Positions 54,508 through 64,000 of a DNA stretch of 64,000 bases are shown piece after piece. Numbering within the stretch: position 1 is the stretch's first letter; every line of letters starts with the position of its first letter. The position numbers and the translations under genes were made by a program. The notes under the pieces were generated by a model. The model saw nothing but the letters and a program-made list of their open reading frames with translations, did no database searches and was not told the origin of the DNA. The stretch is from Chrysemys picta bellii (lineage: Eukaryota), in contig NC_088810.1 of the NCBI RefSeq assembly GCF_011386835.1, positions 3,038,001 to 3,102,000 on the forward strand, written 5' to 3'.

Positions 54508-56030
54508 TGTGACGCTCCGAACAGGCGTGTGACTCCCAGCGGACACAGAGTCCAGGGGAGCTGGGCAGCGGGTAGGACAGGAACATAGCAAGGGTCTGAA
54601 AGGGGCCGGACGTGTGTTGGGAATAGCCAGGGGTTGGTGGCTGAGCGAAGAGAAACTCAACCCGCCGGACTTGCGCCGTGTGGTTGCCACACGACAACGT
54701 TGTGTCTGAACCTTTCCACATCGTCGGGGACCGGGCCAGGCGTCCGGGGGCAGAACCCTGCTGGTCTGGGTGCACATTGCAACACCCGGGAGGGGGGAAA
54801 TGGGAGATACGGGGCCCCTGGGCATCTTGTCGGCAGAGCCACCAACTTCACCTGGGTCTGTGATTGTCTCCAGAGCAAAGAACTGGCACCGGGCAGCCAT
54901 GAGTCCCCCCCGGCCACCTGCATAACACGGGCCAGAGCCCACGCCCAAGGAACCTCCCCACCCAGCCCATAGCTGATGGGGGAGCTAGCCAGAGTCGCCC
55001 AGGCTGGGTTTAAAGACCCTACATGATGGAGGGTCCAATGCCCCCTTTGGAAGCCGTTTCTGATGGTGTTTGTCCCGCTCTCTGGAGTGGCTCACCCCCG
55101 TGAGTGCCACCCTCAGGGCAGACGTCAGATGCAGGGCAGCCCCCCCAAGCCGGTGCTGGGGGCTAGAATTCGATTTCACCAACCCAGTAACAAACGTGAA
55201 CTCCTGGAGCACTAGACCATGGAGTCACAGCCAGTCCCTGAGTCTCTCCAGTCTGTCTGGCCACCGAGACAAACGGAGCTTTGTCATCAGTGGTCACTTT
55301 CACCAAAAATCACCCGCAGTCCCGAGAGTCCAGTCACTCACCCCCGCTCAAGTAGGACTCTGGGTCCGACGACACCGCCGGCGGCTAATTCTACAGTAAC
55401 CCGCCTGAGGGTTTATTAGCTCGGAAAAGGAAGTGAGGGTGATGGAGAGGTTAAAGCAGGTCCAATACCTGCCCAGGTGAGTCACGGTCTGTAATTCCCA
55501 AGGGGGGCCGAGATGCAGCAACCTGCCAGGTCCCCACACGTCGCTCAGGGCGGCCCAGACTAACTCGGGGAAACTCCCTCTTCTTGTCCAGCTATTCCGC
55601 GCCGTTAGACGCCAAATGCAGGATCTTTCCCTCAACCCAACCGACAGCTCCCGCTCCCAGAGAGCAGCCGCCAGACTCCCCACCCCCGGGGGCTCTTCCT
55701 TTGAGGCTGGAGAGCGAGGAAGCATTTCAAATCTTTGACCTCGGTTATTACACACAATGACTCCAACTTGCTTTGAAATGAGCCTGTCCAAGTCCTTCCT
55801 CTGCGTCCCACATAGCGCCTTGCCCGGTGGATGGGTCTTTCGTTCCCCGGGCTGGGCACACACCTTGGCATCGCTTGGCACCGCGCTAGAACGGGGCGCG
55901 GAGACATGAGAACACGGCGAGTAACAGCCCCAGTAGATTCATGCAGTTTAAACCCCAAAGACACTCAGGCCTTTCCCAACCGCTCTGCTCTGTACTAGCC
56001 ACAAGTGACCCGGTCTGGCCAGCCTCACCC
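54508..56030. mobile_element. Possible degraded solo LTR
   Basis: Starts TGTGACG and contains LTR-like segments (GGGTTTATTAGCTCGGAAAAGGAAG). Ends and TSD not resolved. Confidence 0.3.
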
Positions 56031-58616
56031 CCTCCTCCCGGTTAAATGTTGGCATCAGTGGCACTGGGGCCTTTGTAGAAGTGTGTGTGTGGGGGAGAGG
56101 TGACGTGTGTGTGTGGGGGGGGTCCATGTGCCCCCTCAGATTTGCTGCTTAACAGTAACATCTGCTGAAGCTGCTGCCCCCCCCAAAACCTATGGGGCAC
56201 CACCGGGGGGCAAACTCATTTTTTTTTGCTTACTAAAGAGTGGGGTGGACCATGGCTCCTTCCCCCCCCCCCCCTCCGCCCCAGTTCCTGAGTCAGTGGG
56301 GGTACCCAGGAGCAGCCCCCCCTCCAGCGGCGCCGTGGAGTGAGCTGCTGGGCGGCCTGGGGAACTGGGGGGGCCAGAATCTGCTGGGACGAGGGGCATG
56401 GGGGGCCTTAAATGAGCCGGGGGTTTAAACGCCGGGAGTCGCCTGCGGAGCCCGCCCACGAGAGACAGGCAGGAGTCGGCCCAGCTGAGCAGGGTTCTTG
56501 GGTTAAAAAGCGGGTGGGCCCCAGCCCCCCTGTCCCCAGCGACCCTGATTGGCCTTGGCCCCTTCTTCCCCATCCGGATTTGGCTCGCTGCAGCTGTTGG
56601 CTCTCGCCCGGCTGCTTTAAAGAGCCTCCGCTCAGAGATCTCCTCCCCGGGGGGGCCGGAGAGACCTGGAGCAAGTCACCATTCGCCCTCCCTCCCCCAA
56701 CTCAAACAGCTTCTAGGGTCCCCGACCTGGTGTCAGAAAGGCCAGAATATCTCCCATCTCAGCCTCCATCCTGTGGAGAAACGAGAAACTCCCAGCAAAA
56801 TCCTGACACACCTGGGCATTTTCACTAATCCCTGCCCCAAATCCAAGAGTTGCAGGGGGCTAACGAGCCCCTGGGGGCCCGGCAGGCTGGTGTTTAAAAC
56901 AGCGACGTCCAGGGCCCCTGAACTAACGGGATCCTCGAAGCAGCCGCGCTGGAGCTAAGCGGAAAAGCTGCCCTCGAGCTCCTGACTGTATCAGGTGTCA
57001 AGAAACACCCCAACCCCTTGGGCCCCCGGCCACCCTGCGTTTAGCTGCTCGCTGCAGCATTTGGTAGACTGGCCTGAAAACGGGCAGTCACTTTGTTCAG
57101 CCCGTAGCCGCACCCGGGTGGGTTCTTGCTATTGGTACAGTCGTGGGGAAGGACGAAAGACCCAGCCCTTGCAGTGACACAGAAACGCTTGAAAATGTGC
57201 CATGAAGGACCCTCAACCCCCCTGCCAAACACCACAAGACAGCGAACAAACCCCCTCAAGATTGCTTTAAAATCGCGGGATTGTTTAATGCAATCTCAGG
57301 ATTTCCCCGCCCGCCCTTGGGGGCGGGATCTTTGGCTGTTTGGGGTTCAGTGAAGCTGTCGCGGTGATTAACGCTGCCAGGCTCGGGCAGCAGGGCCGTA
57401 GCACAAGGCAGAATCGGGTCCCTTTGCCACATGGGAGCAAAGGGCTGAGCGAACGGGCGACATCGCGCTCAGCCGGCCGTTCAAAAAGGTTGGTGTTGCT
57501 CCTCCCCAGAGGTGAGCTAGGAAAATCCGGTGACGAGCCATAAAGTGGGTGAACAGGGACAGGGTGCCCAGCCGTTCCGATAGGAGGCGCTTTGGCTTAT
57601 ATAGACAACTACCCTGCCGTCCCCCCCACCCAAAAAGAAATGGTCACGATTTTTCACACTAGCCAGTGCTCAGTGCCCCTGGGGGGGCCGGTCCAGCTCG
57701 GCAGAAACAGCTCCCCTCCTAGCGCCGTATTCGGGGACACAGGCGCCGTCAGCCCCGAGGAGTCACGCCGCTTTGGAAAGGAATTAGAGAAACCGACTTA
57801 GAGCCGCTTAGTCCCCACGAGCGCGGCCACGCGGGGCCTGGAGCCACCTGAGTGGATCTGGGTGTGGCGCGTGCCCGAGGGGACGTGCCGGAGAATAGCC
57901 AGGGGGTCACATTAGTCAGCGCGGGCCTTTTGAAAGTGACACCCCTAACCAGACCCCAAACTGGCATTTTGGTTGGGGGGGGGGTTTGCTTGTTATTTCT
58001 CCCTCTTCCCCCCCCCCCGCCCCACGCCTTCCCCTTCTTCATGGAGAGACAAGGGCGACAAAGCTGGAAAACTGTCAGTGAATTCTGAAGGAAACTGTTT
58101 TTGGTGGGGGGACATTTTTTGTTGTTTAAAGGCATTTTTCAGGCCCCCAAAATGACCCCACCTATTTGAGCAGCTCTAACCAAAGATGTCAGGTCTGGGG
58201 GGAGTTTGAAGCTTCCACGTCCCATTTTCTGCACTGCCCCCAGGGCTGGTGTCGTGTCTTTTCTTCTCTCCACCACTGCACCTGTGGTGAGCGACTGCCT
58301 AGGCCCCGGCTTCGCTAACCATCCCCCTACTGCTCTGAGCCTGGTGAGTGCCCCCGGTCGGCCTGCGCCTCCGGTTGTCTGGCCTGTTTGCAATGATTTG
58401 CGGAGGCAGGGGGTTCCTCTCGCTGGCCTGGGGGATCTGTACCCGGCTACGTCCAGACAAACCGTGTAAACGAATTCCTGGCTGCCAAGTCAGGGCGCTG
58501 GGTGTTAACAGCCACAGGGCCTGGGCTAGGTACTTATGGGGCAGGGGATGTGTCTGAGCCAAGGGGGAGCTTTTCACTGAAGGGACAGTCTCTGTCCATG
58601 CAGCGTCCCATGTGAC

Positions 58617-58763
58617 AGGGCCAGATCTCACTGTGTCTGGGCAGCGCCCAGTCAGGAGCGCCGCCGGCTTTTCCGCCGCAGAAATACCGCTGCGGTCGCC
58701 GCTCCCCAAATCGCAGCGCCCTAGGCGACTGCCTAGGTCGCCTAATGGGTTGCGCTGGCCCTG
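58617..58763. mobile_element. Short MITE
   Basis: TIRs CAGGGCCAG / CTGGCCCTG with an internal palindrome CCTAGGCGACTGCCTAGG. Confidence 0.5.
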
Positions 58764-59282
58764 CGCCCAGCGCAACCGGGCCCTGATCTCAGTTGTGACT
58801 TGTAGATGCTTCTGTAATGCACAAAATGATTCATTTCTCCTTGGCAGGGCAGGGCGCTGGCGCAGACCCCGAGGACGGTATCGTCTCACTTATTAACACA
58901 CTTCGTGAGAGATCTTAGAGATCACACCTGCTGTAGAGAGAGGGAATCTCTCTCTCTCTCCTTCTCTGCCAGGACAGCAAATTCCTGCTCCGCATCTCCC
59001 CTTTGCTCTGATCTGAGCACTGAAAACTCCCCCTTCCCGCCTTAAACAATTGCCAAGGGTGCTTGGTTCAGGTGCTATCAATTATTAACGTAATGAGACC
59101 CCGGCAGGTCATGGGCCCTGGGACATTCACACCCCGCTGGCTTCCTCCGTCCCCGCCTGATCCCCAAACTCCACCCCACCATCAGTGATGAATTTCCTCC
59201 TTTCCACCTGAAACCCAGAGGTGATCCCGGCAATTACAGGCCAGGAAGCCTAACTTCAGTACTGGCAAACTGGTTGAAACCA

Positions 59283-61652
59283 ACGTAAAGAACAGAATTA
59301 TCAGACATAGAGATAAACACGATTCATTAGGGAACAGTCAGCATGGTTTTTGTCAAGGGAAATCATGCCTCACCAATCTATTAGAATTCTTTGAGAGGGT
59401 CAACTAGCATGTTCTGTTCAATATCTTCATCAGTGCTTTAGATCATGGCATAGCGAGTACACTTATAAAGTTTGCAGACAATACCAAGCTGGGAGTGGTT
59501 GCAAGTGCTTTGGAGGATAGGATTAAAATTCAAAATCATCTGGACAAACTGGAGAAATGGTCTGAAGTAAATAGGATGAAATTCAATAAGAACAAATGCA
59601 AAGTGCTCCACTTAGGAAGGAACAATCAGTTGCACACACACAATGGGCAATGACGGCCTAGGAAGGAGAACTGTGGAAAGGGATCTGGGGGTCACAGTGG
59701 ATCACAAGCTAAAGATGAGTCAACAGTGTAACATTGTTGCAAAAAAAGTGAACATTATTCTGGGATGTATTAGCAGGAGTGTTGTAAGCAAGACATGAGA
59801 AGTAATTCTTCCGCTCCGCGCTGATTAGGCCTCAACTGGAGTATTATGTCCAGTTCTGGGCACCACATTTCAGGAAAGATGGGGACAAATTGGAGAAAGT
59901 CCAGAGAAGAGCAACAGAAATGATTAAAGGTCTAGAAAACATGAGTTTTGAGGGAAGATTGAAAAAATTGGGTTTGTTTAGTCTGGAGAAGAGAAGACCG
60001 AGAGGGGACATGATAACAGTTTTCAAGTACATAAAAGGTTGTTACAAGGAAGAGGGAGAAAAATTGTTCTTCTTAACCTCTGAGAACAGGACAAGAAGCA
60101 AGGGGCTTAAATTGCAGCAAGGGAGGTTTAGGTTGGACATTAGAAAAACTTCCTGTCAGGGCGGTTAAGCACTGGAATAGATTCCCTAGGGAGGTTCATC
60201 CATCACCGGGGATTTTTAAGAGCAGGTTGGACAAACACCTGTCAGGGATGGTCTAGATAATACTTTGTCCTTCCTTGAGTGCAGGGGACTGGACTAGATG
60301 ACCTCTCGAGGTCCCTTCCAGTCCTATGATTCTATGTGGACAGAGGGCATCCAGTGGATATCGTGTACTTAGATTTTCAGAAAGACTTTGACAAGGTCTC
60401 TCATCAAAGGCTCTTACGCAAATTAAGCTGTCACGGATTAAGAGGGAAGGTTCTCTCATGGATCAGTAACTAGGTAAAAGACAGGAAACAAAGGGTAGGA
60501 ATAAATGGTCAGTTTTCAGAAGGGAGAGCGGTAAATAGTGGTATCCCCCAGGGATCTGTACTGGGACCAGGTGCTATTCAACATATTCAGAAATGAACTG
60601 GAAAAAGGTGCCAAACAGAGAGATGGCGAAGTTTGCAGATGATACAAAAATCAGTCAAATTAGTTAAGTCCAAAGCTGACTGTGAAGAGTTACAAAGGGA
60701 TCTCACAAAACTGGGTGACTGGGCAACAAAATGGCAGATGAAATTCAATGTCGATAAATGCAAAGTAATGCACATTGGAAAACATAATCACAGCTATACA
60801 TATAAAATGATGGGCTCTAAATTAACTGGAACCACTCAAGACAGTTCTTGCAGTCACTGTGGATAGTTCTCTGAAAACCTCCACTCAATGTGCAGCGGCC
60901 GTCAAAAAAGTGAACAGAATGTTGGAAATTATTAGGAAAGGAATAGATAATAAGACAGAAAATACCATATTGCCTCTTTATAAATCCATGGTACGCCCAC
61001 ATCTTGAATACTGAGGCAGATGTGGTTGCCCCAGCTCAAAAAGATATGTTGGAATTGGAAAAGCTTCAGAAAAGGGCAACAAAAATGATTAGGGGGATGG
61101 AACAGCTTCCGTATGAGGAGAGATTAATAAGGTTGGGACTTTTCAGCTTGGAAAAGAGACGACTAAGGGGGGATATGATACAGGTCTATAAGATCATGAC
61201 AGGTGTGGAGAAAGTAAGGAAGTGTTATTTACTCCTTCCCATAACACAAGAACCAGGGCTCACCCAATGAAATGAATAGGCACTAGGTTTAAAACAAACA
61301 AAAGGAAGTATTTCTTCACCCAATGCACAGTCAGTCTGTGGAACTCCTTGCCAGGGGATGTTTGAAGGCCAAAAGTATAGCTGGGTTGAAAAAAGACCTA
61401 GGTGAGTTCCTGGAGGACTAGTCCATCAATGGCTATGAGCCAGGACGGCCAGGGATGCAGCCCATGCTCTGGGTGTCCCTAACCCCCCACTGCCAGAAGA
61501 TGGGAGTGGCAGACAGTGGATGGACCAGTCAATAACTCCCCCGTTCTGTTCATTCCCTCTGATGCTCCTGGCACCAGCCACTCTCAGACACACGACCCTG
61601 GGCTAGATGGGCCATTGCTTTGACCCAGTCTGGCCATTCAGATGTTCTTATG
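59283..61652 (+). mobile_element. CR1 LINE (host copy, RT remnant), split by a second CR1
   Basis: 59283-59412 and 60338-61652 rejoin as GCATGT|GGACA. Contains RT remnants (LDFQKDFDKV, FADDTK) with stops, and ends ATGTTCTTATG. Confidence 0.85.
59413..60337 (+). mobile_element. CR1 LINE 3' part nested in the host CR1
   Basis: Contains LGLFSLEKRRPRGDMITVFKY. 3' end GGACTAGATGACCTCTCGAGGTCCCTTCCAGTCCTATGATTCTATG. Confidence 0.9.
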
Positions 61653-63640
61653 GCTCACGGCTAAGTCCTGGGCAGGGCGGACCCTAGCTTGCTCCGAAGG
61701 CCCAGCCAGCCTCTGACCCCCCCAACATTCGCTGCCCTCCAGCGCCGATCCCCGTTAATTCTGGGCACCCCCGTCTGAGAGGAACTCCGAGCGCAGAGCA
61801 GAGATGAGGCCGCGGGGGGCAGCGCGGGGGCGGTTGTATGAGAGGAGACTCAGAAGGGTGTTGCAGGCTCCGGGGGGAGTGATTGCACCCCAGAAATACA
61901 TCGGGGAGACCACCAGGGAGGGGAATCGGACGCTCAGGGACAGGGCTGGCACGAGAACGAACTGGCCAAGGATCAGCTGAGCCCAGGACCGAGGACGAGG
62001 TTGGGGACCATCCAGAGAGAGAGCAGCTTGGGGGGGGGGGGGGGGGGGGGGGCAAAGAATGACGCAGGACCCTCAATGACCCCGAGGGGTCCAGTCCTGT
62101 GCTGCCGCCCCATGCTTTTGGGAGCCTGAGCTCTTCTAACTGGATCTTCTCCTCTAGATGGAGCGTCAATCCCGCTTGGAATCTCCGGCCCCCCAACACC
62201 ATCCAGCAGCAGCGAGTTCCACAGGGCCAAAGGAAGGCGCTTTCCTTGGACGAGCTGGGAATTGCATCCAGGCTCGCCACAGGCAGGTCATACGTAGCCC
62301 ACTGGCTCCCTCCAGTGGCTGTATCTAGAGGTGCCGCTGCTCTGGCCCCAATCTCACCTGTTCACATTTCCTACCATTTTTTTTTCCTTTGGGACATTTT
62401 AGAGGCAGGTGGTGGTGGTGGGTGTCCTGAGACCAGGGGGAAATTACCTGCTCAAGGTCCCAGAACAGACCCTGAAATAAAACCCAGGAATCCCAGCCCC
62501 CTTCTGCTCTAACCACTAGACCCCACTCCCTTCCCAGAACTGGGGAGAGAACCCGGAAGAGCTGGCTCCCAGCCCTCCTCCTCCAGCCATAATATACCCA
62601 ATAGCAGTAACAATGCACTGCGACTAGCGCACTCGGGGGCCATGCCATGCCCGGGGCCACTAGCTTGTGCCGTAACAGAAATAATCGCCCAGCCCCTCAG
62701 ACCCCAGCCCTGCCCGCTCAGGGTATGAAAGGACGGCTCTGCGTAGCTCTGACACACAATTTCCTGCATCACCACAGAGATCTCTTTAATAGGCACTTGC
62801 AAATTTTTATAGAAAAAGGATTTGTTTTTGATTTTTTTTGCAAAAAAACCTCTATAAATAGATTTGGCATTAACCCCCCCGCCCCCCCCCGGCCCGAGCA
62901 CCTCCCTGCTAAACAGCTCTCTCTGCTTCCATAAATTAAATACCAGCGGTTCGCTATTTACAGCATATATATTAAAATCATTAGAATAATCCTTTCCCCT
63001 GCCCGGCAAAGCAGCACGGAAAAAGCCTTTATAAAGTGCCCCTGCGTTTGTTTGCACCGCGGCACCAATCTGAGGTAGGTGAGTGTTGTGATCCCAGTTT
63101 TACAGACGGGGAAACTGAGGCACATATTTGGTGGTTTTGTCTGTGTGCGCGGGCGCTTGGTTTTTTTGCCAGAAGCTGGTCAGAAGAGCTGACAATGGAA
63201 CCCAGGAGTCCTGGCCCCCAGCCCCCTCTGCACTAACCAGTAGACCCCACTATCCTCCCAGCACTGGGGATAGAACCCAGGCGTCCTGGCTTCCCTTCCA
63301 TAGCAAGTTTGCCCGTGCGCTTTGCCTGTGTAGATGGGCCCGTAGGATACTGAGTCTCAACTGGCTCAGCCCCACGGCCATGGGGCCGCACCCACTGCTC
63401 GAGAAGAGGGGCTGTTAACCCTTAAGATGCCAGCTGGGCAGGGGGTGGAGGCAGGACATCCCCGACTTCCTGCCGTTTCCAGCCTGGCTCGCTGCGTGGC
63501 CACCAGGTGGCGCTGTTTGTACTGCTGTGGTGAGTTCCCCCCAGTCTCCACCTGGGAGTGTGGTGGAGATCATTGGGGGGGAAGGGATGGGGGGCAGGAG
63601 GGAGAGGGGCTGGGGGCTCTCCCCTCTCCCTGCCCCGCCC

Positions 63641-63829
63641 CTAAGCCTTGGCAGCCCGGTGGGTGAGGCGCCGCAGCCGGTCGGGGTTGGATCTCTTCGC
63701 CGGCAAGGGCTTTGCTCCGACACTGACGTAGTAGAAGGTGAGGGGCTGGTAGGTGGGGATGTAGCTGACCAGGCGCTGAGCGGTGCAGGGGACCCACATG
63801 GGGGCCGGGACGTAGAACAACTCGGCGGC
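63641..63829 (-). CDS. Last coding exon of an unidentified minus-strand gene continuing beyond the window
   Basis: Strong acceptor TCTCTTTTCTCTCCCCGCAG, phase 0, 62 GC3-biased codons: AAELFYVPAPMWVPCTAQRLVSYIPTYQPLTFYYVSVGAKPLPAKRSNPDRLRRLTHRAAKA*. Confidence 0.65.
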   Translation of the reverse strand, partial: AAELFYVPAPMWVPCTAQRLVSYIPTYQPLTFYYVSVGAKPLPAKRSNPDRLRRLTHRAAKA

Positions 63830-64000
63830 CTGCGGGGAGAGAAAAGAGACCTTAGCAGGAGTCTGAAATAACCAGAGACCCCTCGCCTGGCACTGAGATG
63901 CAGCCACTTCTGGGGTGGGGTGTGGGGGCGGTTTATGCAGGAACCCTTTGCCCAACACCAAGATGCAGCCACCTCTGGGGTGGGGTGCAGGGGCTGGTTT

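Noticed and set aside
59844-61270. Short RT-like ORFs as a functional gene
   Set aside because: Stop- and frameshift-riddled CR1 ORF2 remnants.

Overview
GC-rich vertebrate genomic DNA, most likely a turtle (inferred from the CR1 tails, Penelope-like termini and Gmr1-type LTR element). Gene order and orientation match human 19q13.31: IRGC-like GTPase (+, 4967-6206), SMG9 (-, 13 coding exons, 8400-14241) and KCNN4/KCa3.1 (-, 9 coding exons, 29377-39417). An unassigned C2H2 zinc-finger gene (+, 17335-20009) sits head-to-head with SMG9, and the last exon of an unidentified minus-strand gene lies at 63641-63829. The rest is minisatellites, CR1 LINEs, hAT MITEs, solo LTRs, one internally deleted LTR retrotransposon, Penelope fragments and a 284-N gap. 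The IRGC and ZNF frameshifts all fall in G/C homopolymers, which suggests long-read errors. Highlights: (1) a textbook ISRE in front of the IRGC-like gene; (2) a triplicated KCNN4 terminal exon/3'UTR with five miR-19 seed sites per copy; (3) a 1.5-kb conserved-box, variable-spacer array in SMG9 intron 1; (4) seven YY1-like motifs within the ZNF coding exon; (5) a hammerhead ribozyme motif in a Penelope insertion; (6) an old ~3-kb inverted duplication that keeps a splice acceptor and polyA signal in both arms. All coordinates were read by eye and no database searches were run.
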